Positions 28,895-43,271 of a stretch of DNA of 64,000 bases are shown here, one piece after another; the first letter of the stretch is position 1, and each line of letters opens with the position of its first letter. A program made the position numbers and the translations under genes. Source of the stretch: Chrysomallon squamiferum (Eukaryota > Animalia > Mollusca); contig CM022678.1 in assembly GCA_012295275.1 (NCBI GenBank), positions 7,130,001 through 7,194,000 of the forward strand. Reading direction: 5' to 3'. Under the pieces are notes generated by a model. The model had not been told where the DNA came from, made no database searches, and was given only the letters and a program-made list of their open reading frames with translations.

Positions 28895-30951
28895 ATTTCT
28901 CTAATCTGGTGTCATTAAAACACTGTGTACAAAAAAAACTGTTTTCTAGAAACATAATTCATTTCTGTGATCTTAAATAATTTGTAACATACAATACATA
29001 AATACATACACTTATATTGTCCATAAACAACATTATTATGCCATTTAGGTGGAGTCAGTGATCTGAAAAATTTAAATATTTTTCAAAGGCCATGCTGATC
29101 AATTTAGAAGTTTAATAAAAAGTAAATTTACATACCATAACAAAAAAAAAAAAAACATAGTAATAATAATAATAATAAAAAAATATAATTATAATAATGA
29201 AAAATAATAGTAATAACTACTACTACTTAATGATCTAGATATAAAATGAGAATATTAATCGAAATAATTCTTCAAAGATTTAAAAAAAGCTTTTCTAAAA
29301 GACTGAAAATAAAATTTCAGCTTGGTGATTCATTCAGAACTGTAATTTCTAAATATTTTTATTTTATTCATAGAACTACTTAATTCATACATCTATGGAC
29401 TATTGTGACTTTTTTTTTAAAATTTTGTCATAGTATTAATTTTCTGTGTTGTCTTATCAAGATCCACTTTAAAATATTTCCATTAATTTGTAGTGATGTG
29501 AAAAGAGAACATTTTGTTGACCCATACTTACAAAATTAAATTATTTATTTGTTTGTGGATACAAATACTTGTCTTCTGTGTGATTTTTGGTTTGTTTTTT
29601 TTTTGTTTTTTTTTACATTAAAACATTCACTTAGTCTGTAAAAAGATAGATTACTGGAATACTAATGACAGCAAAATCTTATTAGAAACATTATAAAACT
29701 GAATGTTATTTGGTAGAAAAGAATTAAATATGAGTATGATTTTTTTTATCTGCATTTTTAGTTGGTTTTCTCCAGTAATTCAGATAATTCATAAAAGGTA
29801 CAGTTGATGTAAAAATATATTTTCCTAGTATTTTATTATGATTTCCATATTAACTAAGGAAAAAACAAAAAAACAAAAAAATAATAAAATAAATTAAAAA
29901 ACACTATTAAATATAATTGTTTCTTTGTAAATAAATGAAATTATTATTTTTAAAACCATTTATATTTGTCTTTATTTTTGATTATTTGTATTTTAAACTT
30001 GTCATTAGATTTTGTTACTTTAATTGTTGAGTATATGTCAGAACATCATACACAAATAAACACTTAATCAAAATAATGTTATTTTAATGTATATACATGA
30101 ATAACGTAAGCAAAAGTTTTAAATTATTTTTTGATGTATTTAATTTAAAAAATGTAACATTCTTTAGTGTTAAAATGTACCTGAGTTGTTAGATGTGTGG
30201 TTACAGGTATGAAGAATTGTAGGTTCAAATCTCAAAAGTACATGATTTCTACCATTTCCCTGCTTTGTGCTTACATGACAGAGCACATGAAAAATGCTTG
30301 GATGTTAATAAATTAATTGCCCATTAAATAGCAACAACAGTTTTATTTTCTTACTGTATGTGCGATATATAACTATGTTTGAACTCATTCAGAGAATTAA
30401 AGTAAGCCAATCAGTTATTAAATAAAAACATTTTTATCTTCAGTATCATTACTCTCAAAATCACTGTAAACTCCAGATGTATAATTGTGATTGTTCAGAT
30501 TTATTTACAAAGAAGATGAAAACTTGATTGTCTCATTTCTTGGAATTTCCTGTACCATAGCCCATACTTGTTTAAAGCTCTTCATATTTTGCTAGTGCCA
30601 ACAGTTAACTCTTTCTTTTTTAATAAGCAGATATATCAGCTCAAAATTTTATTACCATTAACTGTGGCAAGTGGATTTATCTCATGACCTTAAAAACAAC
30701 ATCTTGTTATGCTGCAAGAAGTGGACATACAACCTTGGAGACATCCAAACATTGTATCAGACCAGTGTATGAGATAGCAATACACATATTAACCTTGCAG
30801 AAAGTTTGATTTTGCAGTGAAAGGGTTAAAAAGATCTTAGTACACTGTAAAACAAAACATTTCTTTCTTCTGATAGCCATTTTAATTCTGCCGTTTTCAT
30901 CAAAAGATGAAATGTGGATGTTTTAATAACAGAACAAGGTAAATGTTTCTA

Positions 30952-30982
<31 letters not shown>

Positions 30983-33900
30983 GCGCAGATTTTCTCAGTT
31001 ACAGTGCTTGAAAAGAAATAAATTAATTTTATTTATATTTCTTTTTAGTTTTGGTTTAAATATTCTCCATGCCACTGGTGACTGATGCAGCAAAATGCAG
31101 GGGATAAATTGAAATAAAAACAATTTAACAAAAATAAAACAGGAATACAACCTTAATATTTTGCTTCCAATGCAGACCGACTGCATAGGATTTATTGAAA
31201 TATGCTGAATTTATCACACTTAATAAAAATACAATAAACAGATTACAACCATTAATATTTATTCAGATCAAAAACAGTAATGTACAATAATACATCATAA
31301 CAAAACAAAGAGTCAGCATTAAGATTGTACTAACTTGAATGATAATCTAACGACTTCATCTTCTTATATTTAATGTAAGCACCATATTGAAAACAACAAC
31401 CATCGATGATATAATTAACTTATTAATTTAGCAAAAGATAATTTTTTCTTTGAATTGACCTTTTTTTTTTTATCTTTTTTTTTTTCTTACAATTAAACTA
31501 TTCTGTTAAAACATCAAAAATGATTAAACTTTCTTTGTTGCAGGAAAGACTGTAAAACGATTAACTTTCACAATGCCCCAATTAAAATGAATATAATTTG
31601 ATCAATTTAAACTGTTCTTTCACTTTTAATTGTTTTCTCAATCCATTTCAATTTGAGAACATTTCACTGAATACAATATACATGATGATATGGGGCAACA
31701 ATCCCATCCCTGAAAGTGTTATAGCAAACTAGCTCATAGATGAAAATTATGAGACATTCAAGGCTTTCAGAAATATTCTACAACCTTCAGGAAGATGTAT
31801 AAGAGACTATGAGTAGATGTTAATCTTTTTAGCTTTTGCAAGTAATGGAATGGGAATAATCATAATATTTTGGTTATTTCATTCAAAAATCCAATACATA
31901 AAGACCAGGCAAAAACACTCCAAAAATCTAATTAACGTGAGAGAAAGCTTTGTTATATTACAGGAGTATTTATTACAATAGAAAAATCTTATACAAATTT
32001 AAATAATTAAGAAAATAACTAAAAACAAAATGGTTTATCCCTTTATTTACTGTTGTAAAAAGCCTAATGAAATTCTGTGAAGTAAGATTGTTACCAGAGG
32101 TATTCACATTGGCACACAGAGAAATGGATACATTTCAATAGTAAAAAAAAAATTAAAAAATATAAATGTTGGTTCACATTTTTCCAGCAAATAATCTAAG
32201 TTTATGGGGGCAAAAACAAAGAATTTCATGCATTTACTTTTAAACATGTGCGTATGAAAAATAAATAAAACCAAGCTCCCTTCAGATTTTCTGCAAACTT
32301 TGATTAACTACGTCAGAAAGATTTCTACCTGAATTCTATGTTTACTTATAAATAATGTAGATTATGTCCATTTTGTTAAAACAAAATTTACACAGCATAA
32401 TGTAATTAACATGAATCAGAGTTACACAGGTCAAGCAAGCCCTCATGACTCCTATTTTGTTACTGTTTTAATGAACAAACCTATTTCATTATAAAAGTCA
32501 ATTTTCCAACCTATTCATCACAACTGTATGTTCAAAATTATAATAAATAATTTACAAATTTTTTTTTGGACAGAAGGTATATTAATTCATTCATGCACAA
32601 AAGCAATATATTTAATCTCTTTAATTACATATTTATGATGTAAAACGTGAAATGTATTTATTTTTGATATCTAAATGACTGGAAATATCATCCTTAGCTA
32701 CAACCTCTCCTGAAACTATACTCTGTGACTATGTTGTTTCGATTTTAAAAAAGTATTTTTTTATTTCATTAACCAACTATCTGATCGTATCATAAATTTA
32801 ATTTATTGTTTCACTAACAATTTAAATATAATATAAAATCTTGAAGAAAACAATATAGTGGAAATGCTATTAAAAAAAAAAAAAAAAAAAAAAAAGAAAG
32901 AATGAAAACAAAAAACCATCTAATTGTAAGGCCTCAGTTTGTGCAAGGACTGTATTCATTATTCTAAACCAGTTTTATTTATAATTAAAACTAAAATGAC
33001 AATATTAAGATCATTTTATACATGGAGTTATGAGACAATAAATTTGTTAACTTTAACCTAGAACACAAATTTAGAAATGATGACATCATATAAATAATGA
33101 GATTGATAAATATTTTAATGTAATACACAACAATTCTCTCAAATGACTAAGATATTAAAATACCTTTGCTCAGTACTTATTTCATTTCTTACTTTTTTTA
33201 TATATATATTTTTTTTTTACAAAATAAATAAAATTCATTTTATAATAATGCAGATGAATAATAAAACATTAATTTAGATGATTTTGTTATTTGGTTGTTT
33301 TTTTAAATTATTTTATTATATATATATATATATATATTTTTTGTAAAAGACTAAAGTGAAAGAAAATTTATATAATTACAATTTCAAATTGTAAAGAACT
33401 TTTTTTTTTCAAAACAAGTAAATCTCTAAATGAAGAAACTTTTATTATTATTATGTAAAAAAAGAAATAAATCAAAATCAAAATAATAAAATAATAATTA
33501 AAGAAAACAGAAATAATGTAATGCCAAATGATTCTTGGACCACTGTAACTTGTACATATACCTGAACACACATCACACAATATACACAACCAGGCAGTAG
33601 GTTAAATATTCAGAAACTTAACAAGAAGTGAGTAGTTGTTAAATGTCCACAAATGAACAGAAAATAAAAGTAAATGCATTTCCATGTACAGGTAACTGTA
33701 ACAAAAACATAAAAGTTTTGAAACTGAATTCATAAAGAAACCAACAAGAATTTAAAAAAATAATAATAATCCCACTGATAAAAGTGACAACACAGATTTA
33801 AAGTAATTCATTTTTACCTCTAGAACTGATTACTATTTTCAAAGATTACTGTTTGGGATGGTAAAATTCTGAATATTCAACCATGCTAATAACGTCATAC

Positions 33901-34009
33901 AGATTTGTACATGTATACGAATCATTCATCCCCCATACGTTTATTATTTTTGTTTCTTCTTAAAAACAGATGATGTTGTATATATATATACACAATGTTA
34001 GCACTATGA

Positions 34010-34827
34010 TCACAATTCATCTTTGCCTGTATCATCCAAATCAACATCACTAACGTCAATATCTTCTACAACAGGAAGCTGAAAAATATTTTTAAAATAA
34101 CAGTAATAAATGATTTTGGAACCTGGACTTGAGATTAAGAATAAAAGATAAAAGGTGTGTGTGTATAAAACATGTGTCTTTTTCTTTATCAAATTTAGCA
34201 ATTTGTAACTTGAAAATATATCTTGTGTGTGTGTGTGTGTTTGTGTGTGTATAATCATGTCTGAACTTCTGAACTTCAGAACTAAAGTTAATAAGAATTT
34301 TGTTTGTGTGTGTATAATCATGTCTGAACTTCTGAACTTCAGAACTAAAGTTAATAAGAATTTTGTTTGTGTTTGCCACTGTGTTGTGTGTAGAAACTTT
34401 GAAACAAATGACCTGAAAGATGCATGATCAGAAATTAATTCTAAGACAAAATTCCAAAGATCAAGTTTGGATGCTTCAAAAAAAATGGTAAAAAAAAAAA
34501 TCACGAAATGATTGTTACGATTTCAGTTAGTCTTTTCTTGTTGTTGTTGATATTACTATTCTTCTCTTATTATTATTACTGTCTGTTGTTTGTATTTTAT
34601 TTTGTTGCTGAAGGTTTAAAGGAGAATTTCACAGTATAAAACAAATAATGTATTACACATACCTCTCCATCTTTGCCATCCCAAGGCTCAATCTTTTCAA
34701 CTTGAGGTAATTTTCCATCTTTTATTGGTGCTGTGGACCCTCTACCATACTGCAGTTCTCTAAAAGTTGAAGTAATTGATAATGAAAATAAACATGTCGA
34801 TATCCCCAACAATAAATCACCCACAAC

Positions 34828-34892
<65 letters not shown>

Positions 34893-36629
34893 TCGTATTG
34901 TGCAAGACTGATAGTAATAGTTACTGAAAATATTGTAGTAGTAGTAGTAGTAGTAGTAATCATATTGACTGTCTAATGATTACAGTTAATAATTAATCTC
35001 ATGAGAAACCACATAATGTCAAGAAATTTTAATAAAGATTACTGAAAAAAAAAAAGTTAGTAAAGTTTAAATCCATACTTAGATTTATGACAGTTAAATA
35101 AGATAATGACATTTCTTCACAACTATAATAAATTTAAAAGCCAACCATTTTTAAAATTTTGTTTACAATCTGGTCAACACACACCAGAAAAAATAACTAA
35201 ATGAATTTATTGCTACAAAAATAAAAAGTTTCAGAATTAAAAATACACACACACATAAAACTGAAATTTTAATAAAAATTTCAAATCTGTGAATGACTAG
35301 TTACAAAATGTATGAATTTATTTCACAAACCTTAAAAATTCAGTAATTCCCTTCTCATCAAAAGCCTGCTTGAGCCATGAATATTTCATTTTTCTAGCAT
35401 TAAAAGCTGCAAGAGCCTGCAGAGAACAAGACACAGATTAATGGATGATGTAAATGCGAATGTTTTATTTAATGAGACAGAACAATTATTTATAGATAAT
35501 CTGTAGAAATATGATAATTATTATAAGAACATCAATGAATTTAACAGTATAATGTAAAAGGCAGAACTTTCATGAGTGAATATTATAAGATTTATTGAAA
35601 AAAAAAAAAATAATAAAAAAGAAGTGTGCATTGTCTAATGTAGTTATACAAAACTTTAATTATACAAACAAATTAAACACATTTTGAAAAATATATAATA
35701 GCAAATTAACAAAACAATATAACAAAAAATAAAAAAGAAGAAATATCTTCAGAATTTGTACTGTTTAGTTGTGTACTTCCAAATGAAACAGTTTTCCAGG
35801 ATATTTTTCTTTTCAAATTTTGTTTAAACATTGAGTAACTTACTGGATATCCAAATCCACCAATTCCAAAAGCCTCTTCTACTTTTGGTTGTGATGCACC
35901 TTCAGCCCACACCCATCTAAAAGAAAGCAAATAATTTGTGTATATTAACATCCACTCTGTATTTTAACGAGTTTCTACTGAATATTATATTACACAAATA
36001 TTACTAAAACAAAACTTTCTAAAACCATCACTGGTTGAAGTTATCAAGTAAAATTTCACAAAACTTAAAATAATTCTTGATTACAAAATTCATTATTTTC
36101 TTTTTCATTAAAATGGTGATGCAGTAAAGATAAATAAAAAATAATAAAAAAATAAAAAAAAAATAATAAAAAATTAATAATAAAATAAAATAAAAATAAT
36201 AATAGCAAAACCATTTATTTTGAACTTTATTTCAGAATCACTAGGAAACTTACCCCCACATATTTTTCTTAAACTTTTCTCCTAATTTTTTAAGCAAGCT
36301 AATATAATCGTTTCTACATTTTGACTGGCAGTCAAGAATGTGTGGAAGTACAGCCACAATGCATAGTTGATGTCCTTCATGGCACTCAGTCAAAACCTTT
36401 TCTTCCACCAGCTAAAATAAAAACATTTAATTTATCAGTAATTGACCTGAAATCATTGAAAATATTATATTAAGAGAAAAAAAAAAAAGCAATTTAGTTG
36501 TCACCTGAACTCTAAAATTAACTTGATTCATAAAAACAGTGAAGTTGTCATATCAACAGTGTAATTATCAAGATAATTATATTATCAAAATGACAACATC
36601 ATAGTTTTTATTAAAATGTTTATTTTCCA

Positions 36630-36662
<33 letters not shown>

Positions 36663-39600
36663 TAGAAAAAGAAAAATAAATAAATAAACAAATAAAATGT
36701 CAGTTAAAAAAAAAAAAAAAAAAAATAAAAGAAATTAAATAAAAAAATTTTAAAAATTAAATAAAATTTAAAAATAATAATAAAAAAAAATGAAACCAAA
36801 AATAATGATAAAAATTAAAATAATAGTAATAAAAATAATAAAAACAACATAATAAAAATAAACACATACTTGGTACACATCTGGAGGAGGAATGTTTTCT
36901 GCTAATTTATCTTTAGCCCAAGATACAATGTCTGAAGCTGTTCTTCCTCCATCATAGTTTACTGCTTCGTCCTTCTTCCCACTGGGGAACATTTTTATTG
37001 TTGGAAAACCTTGTATCTGTAACAGAAAATAACAATATAAATAAAATTCCATAATACACCTCAACAGTGCAATTTATTGAAATGTTATTTCTAGCTAAAG
37101 ATTTCTACTAATTAAAGCTAATTCTAATTCGTTAACACAATAAAAAGCTGATTTCTCTCTCTGCCAAGCAATATTATTCAAGTCTGTTAGATCTGTAACA
37201 GAAAATCTCTCATTAATTAAAGAAAATGGTATGTGTAGATAAAGTTTTCTACAAGGTAAATGTTAATGAATTAATAATGCAACAATAACTGAAAGCTAAT
37301 TTCTCTGCCCATGTTATTTTAGTCTAATGGACAGATAAATAATAACATAAAATCTTTTAATACACCTCAACAATTTATTTTATGGAAATGATGTGCCTAA
37401 CTGAAGTTTTCTACAAGGTAAATGTTGAACTTAATTAAATTATAATATAACAATAATATGATGCTAATTTCATTTCCTGTCTTATTTTAGCCTATTGGAT
37501 CTGTAGTAGATAAAAAATAAGTTAACATATCTCAGTGCAGATCAGCAACATTAATTTATGAAAATGATATGCCTAACTGAAGTTTTTCTAAAAGTTAAAT
37601 GTTAGTGAATTAATAATTTAACATTAACCTGAAATTAATTTCTCTGCCAAGTGATGTTATTTAAGTATTCTAATTAACAGAAATAAATGAATACAAATAA
37701 AAAAATCAAGTTACTGCAAAAGGTGAATTAACAAATATGATTTGTTAATATTATAAACACTACTAAATAAAACTCATTATACAATGTAATCAAATATATT
37801 GCAGAATGAACTTCTATCAACTGTATCTAAAATAACAATTCTGATTTAATTTACTTTTGTATCAAATTTCTATGCTGTAAAATTACATCCAAATTAAACA
37901 TAGCAAATCAGTTTCTATTTAAACACTAAAAAGAATTTAAAAAAATGTATCTTATTTATTTTTGTTATGCAGCAGTAATTGTTATTTTTTAATTATTTAA
38001 GTTACAGCAATGAAAAAAGAAATTCGAAAACAAAAATACTCACTCCATATCTGCTAGCCATAACGGTGTGTACTGTAGCATCCAAGGCACCAAGTTTGAC
38101 CTTGCCCTTCAATTCAGTAGCTGCCTGAGCCCAGTGAGGTGCAAGATTTTTGCAGTGACCGCACCATGGTGCATAGAATTCAACCAACCACATATCATCA
38201 CTCTCCATAACAGTCTTTTCAAAATTACTGTCGGTCAGTTCTACAACATCCTTGGGGTCTCCTGCCTGTAAAATAACAAGGATTTAATAAAAATATAAAT
38301 AAATAAATATGAAGATTTCTATTCACAAAACATACAAGTATAATTTTCTAGAAGAGGCTTATTCTTCCAAAAAAAAAACCCAACTAATTTTAAAGATGAT
38401 GTATTTATGATTCACTACTACAGAAACCGAAAAGTGATGTCATTAGTAAAAATACATATTTATAAAAGATGGATGGATGGAGATCTATACAAAAGAAAGA
38501 AGAAAAGAAGATATAAAATGTAGGTAAAAATGGACAAAATGTTCTACCTTTCTTCAATAATGTAATTAATGGTTATAGATATAGATGAAAAAAGAAAAAA
38601 AGAAAGAAAGAGATAAAGTAAAATGAACATGATATTCTTCCATTCTAGCTATGGATTTACTGGTTAGTAAACAACAGTAATTTGCAAAAGCTGGACAAAT
38701 AAAAAAGATGAAAGAGGATAAAATGGACATAATATTCTACCTTTCTACAAAAATGAGACCAATATTTATTACTGCTACCAATGTATAAGAGATGGGTAGA
38801 TGGAACAATACAGATGAAAGAAACAAAGAAAAAAGATACTAATTTATAAACAATGGATAGATAAAGAAAAAAGAAGAAAGATGGAATAAAAGTAAAATGG
38901 AGTCTACTACTTTTCCCTTGCCATGCGATTCTTTTTGCAATTAATGATAATGTTAATGACATTAATTTTGAAAAGATGGATGGATAGAAAAACAGATGAA
39001 AGACAGAACTTTATAAACAGTGGAAAGATAAAAAGATACAAATAAAACAAAGAAAAATGAAAATGCAAAAAGAAATGAAAGAAACTGGACCAGATCTTCT
39101 ATCTTTCCACTCGTACCTGAATTTTTTTCTGATTAATGATTATGTTATTATGTAATTTAGAAAAGATTGATTAGTATCTTACAGTCGGTCTAAGAAAAAT
39201 GACACTAATTTATAAATAATGGCTAGATTTAGATATAAATGAAACAAAGAAAGAAAAAGACACCAAAATGAATTTTAAAAAAAGGAGAAAAATCTTCTAC
39301 CTTTCCACCACCACCACCTGTCTTCCTTCCACCAGATCTTTCTTGTACAACTGATTTTAACTCATTCATAGCATGGTCCACAATTCCCTGAGATGTTCTA
39401 GGTCCTGAATTTCATTGAAAAAATCATAATAAAATTTTTAAATCATTAGAATATTAAACAAAATAAAGTCATTAACTAACTAATTACTGCATACCAGATA
39501 CATCTGAACAAATAATAAGAATCTACACTTTAATCACATTGTAAAAACAGCAATTTGTAATATCATTATGATAATAGAAAGAATCTGTAGCTTTTTCTCC

Positions 39601-42307
39601 AATCTGGTTTTGATGCCGTGAAATACAAAAATAAAGGAATATGAATACTTTGTAAACTTGTATCTAAAGTAACAGAAATAATACAAGCACAAGTGTACAC
39701 ATAAGCACAGACAAAAAAAAAGAAAATCTTAAAATTTATCAATTAGTTAAGTTCCAGTTATCTCAGGACCGTACAATAACAGACTCCACAAATATTTGTT
39801 TAAACAGAGAGTTTAGCATCAATATAATATTCAAATAATGTTTCATTTAATCAACTTATCTTATATTAATGAAATATACTGGACCATTTGTAATAATGTT
39901 AATTAAAAGGAATTTAAAACTATATGGGATTTAAAATACAACTTCTGTTTATTACAGGTTATAATTACAGAGGTGTATTTTGTAAAAATGACCTTTTTAC
40001 TGCTTAACCCCAAGCTAGTAGAAACAAAATGAGCTTGTATATGTATATGTATATGTATATATATATAATATCATTTATATGTCATTTTCCATATATATGT
40101 ATACATATATACACAGGGTATTATCTTTGATATTTTGTTTCATTTTTAAAGCTTTAGGGGAAAGCAAAATAAATAATACTGAAGGAGAAACAAAAGAAGA
40201 AAAAAAAAACAAAAAAAACTACATTATATATTCAAATCAGATAACAAAATTGCTAATTTTTTATGTTGTCTGTAAAATAATTGTTACAAATTCCACAACC
40301 TAAATAAACCTTAAAATAATAAGAGTTAAAAAAAAAGGAATAATTATAATGAAACATTACTGACCATTATAATCTTTAGGAGTCTTTTTGTTTTGTGAGA
40401 AAATCTTTATAGTTGGAAATCCACGCACTCCATACTGACCACCCAAACTCTTATGTTCATCGGCATTCACAGCAGCAATCCTAACAATACCCTGACAATA
40501 ACAATAAACACAAATATTAGCTTTGAATAAAGTTACCTGATCTTTTTATATCTGTTACAGATATTTGTTATTTTCATCACTATTGTTAAAAAATATAAAA
40601 ATATAAAATTTAAACACTAAAAGTATCTTTAGCGATAAAAAAATCTGAAAATTAACTATTTAAAAAAGTAAACACTACAGAATCTTTAGAGGTAAAAAAT
40701 AAAATAAAAATCTGAATGAAACGATACATGAAATACTAAACAGTACAAAAGGACATCTTTAGAGATATAAAAATGTGAAAATGAACTATTTATAAAATAA
40801 ACACTAGTGAATCTTTAGAGAAAAACATTTGAAAATAAACTATTACAAAAATTGAACAGCTACGATATCTTTAGCAAAACAATTACAATACTGTGTGGAT
40901 AAAACTGCTTTCATTCTTAACTGAAACACAACAGTTAATTTTTACACTTTTTAAAACACAATAAGTAAAGTAAGACTACAACACCGCCATAGAGCAGACA
41001 ACATAATAATAGATTTTTTTAAAAATTTTGTTTTTATTTTCTTTTATTATAAATTGTAATTTTTTTTATTAGTTAACAAAAATCCAGTCACAGATATGAA
41101 CATAGAACTGTGATATTTTGTTTTACATACCTTTAATACAGATGCTGCCTTCTTCCATTCAGGTGCTAATGCCTGACAATGACCACACCTTGTAAAACAA
41201 GTATACAATCATTATAAATTTTAAAGATAATTTAACATCATTTTTAAAATTCTCTGTATCCATCTCAACTGTATCAATTTCTAACTGTTTAACATTACAC
41301 ATATAAAAAGCTACAGAAATTATATTCGATATATATAGATTACACTATTTAGATATTATACTACATACAAATGCATTACATGTTTTTATGTATATTTATT
41401 GTAATCTAGCTTTAAAAACACAGAAAACTATAATATAGATATTTTAATCTGTCTGTCTGTTTTTATCTCTTGCATATATGAATATGTGTGGAATTTACAC
41501 GCCCATATACATACAAACATCAACATATCTCACACTGAACATAAAACAACATCTGTGTAAAATTATTTATCTTAATTTTTATTTCATTCAGAAAAAAAGG
41601 GAAAGCACCATTTTCCATCATCACAAATGTGACAGTTTACTTTTTGAGATAATAGTGGATATTATCTTACTTTATCCTGTAGTTATGTATCCTGTTAGTT
41701 ATATAACACTGTAACATGTATGTAAATATTGCTTATGAGTTAAGAATAAAACTGATGAAACTAAGAAAAAACATAAAACAATAGCTTTACAATATGTATA
41801 TAAACAAGCATATAAAGTGAGCTTAAAATTGATCTATATAAAAACAGTAATGCCAGTCTGTTATTTTAAATGAAATATATTTTGATTCTTTGACCAGCTA
41901 TTTGCTAACAGTGCTGTTTAGAGAGAGAGAGAGAAAAAAAAAAAAAAATGATTTTTTTTCTCAACATGAAAAGAGCTTGAAGTCAAGAACAGAATGCTAA
42001 AGAAAGTTCAACTTACCATGGTGCATAAAATTCCACAAACCAGATGGCATCACTTTCCATAACTTTCTTCTGGAAATTTGCTGAGGTGAGTTCTATGACA
42101 CTGTCAGATGAATCATATAATGCTGAAGTCATACTAAGGCCAATGGCCAGACAGAGGAAAAACACTGAAACAAAAACATTTACAGTAATTAGTGGATTAG
42201 TAAGTGTATCTTGTAAATAATGAAAAAGTGGTGATTAATAAATATTTTAGTCATAAGTAAAAACATTCTTCTTAAACAGTTATACATCAGAATACCACTA
42301 TATCAGT

Positions 42308-42355
<48 letters not shown>

Positions 42356-42597
42356 ATCTGGACCGATGATAAAATGAATGAGAGACTGAAAGAGCAGTGG
42401 TGGAAAATGGAAACCAACTCAACCACCTTGCAAGTTTGCCGTCATTATGTGCCCATGTAAAGCTATTAATTCATTAAAATTATCTTCAGTTTTGGATAAG
42501 ATAATGTATGTTTTGTTTATGTGAACCATCTAAAATATACACTTACAGTTCAGAAACAAGTTAATTCTAAGTGAAAAATATCAAAATAAAACAATTC

Positions 42598-42669
<72 letters not shown>

Positions 42670-43152
42670 AATAAGCATCTTACTCAATACCATCACTAGT
42701 ACTGAAACAGGATACAAGTTGGAAACAAAGAAGTTCATCAATGAGTGAGAAACTTATTTTATAATGACTGTTCAGCACAAAACTGGAACTCTTCAAGACT
42801 TAAACCAAGGACTGATATTTGTGATAAAGAAATGGGATAAAGTAGTAATTGCAAAACAGTAAATGAGAAATATGAATAATAAATAAATAAATAAATAGAC
42901 AGTAACATGAAACGTATGTTAAGTATAAATTATAGTAATCGTATATATTTTTAAACGTCATGATGATTCAGTTTATATCTCCACGTTTAACTGAACCGGC
43001 CAGTGCCATGGGAGGTTTCTCTTTTATCAGTTTTAATCTTATACAAAATTAAATATTTACTGAATACTTAAACACAGTGAGCAGTAATATCTAAACAAAA
43101 AAAAAAAAAAATGCTGTTATGTCATTCTAACATACTAATACATACCAATCAT
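34010..43152 (-). CDS. PDIA6: Protein disulfide-isomerase A6 (P5), 431 aa
   Basis: Minus-strand exons: 43146-43152, 42017-42164, 41131-41188, 40365-40491, 39301-39404, 38044-38265, 36870-37016, 36254-36411, 35844-35916, 35331-35416, 34663-34759, 34010-34078. Signal peptide, two FYAPWCGHC thioredoxin domains, Gly-rich linker, P5-type C-terminal domain ([24 protein letters not shown]), acidic tail and C-terminal KDEL. Confidence 0.97.
34240..34372. repeat. Near-perfect 63-bp tandem duplication in the last PDIA6 intron
   Basis: TTTGTGTGTGTATAATCATGTCTGAACTTCTGAACTTCAGAACTAAAGTTAATAAGAATTTTG occurs twice in a row. Confidence 0.9.
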
Positions 43153-43252
43153 GTTAAACCTTATCTCTGTCACGCACGATTTTCGAAATAAATACGCATC
43201 CACGCAAACAATGTTTTGAACCTACATCCAGACGTGAACATAAATGTCAAAG

Positions 43253-43271
43253 CGTGGCTCGTTGTCATTGG
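43253..43271 (-). promoter_or_regulatory. ER stress response element ERSE-I (CCAAT-N9-CCACG) upstream of PDIA6
   Basis: The minus strand reads CCAAT-GACAACGAG-CCACG, an exact consensus match 101 bp upstream of the PDIA6 ATG. Nearby are an ERSE-II-like ATTGGCCACG (43287-43296, minus strand, no spacer base) and CCACGTG (43318-43324). Confidence 0.85.

Noticed and set aside
30605-30829. Possible third piggyBac-like MITE (TTAACTCTTTC ... GAAAGGGTTAA)
   Set aside because: Only about 7 bp of imperfect inverted match, which is too weak in such AT-rich DNA to call without a family search.
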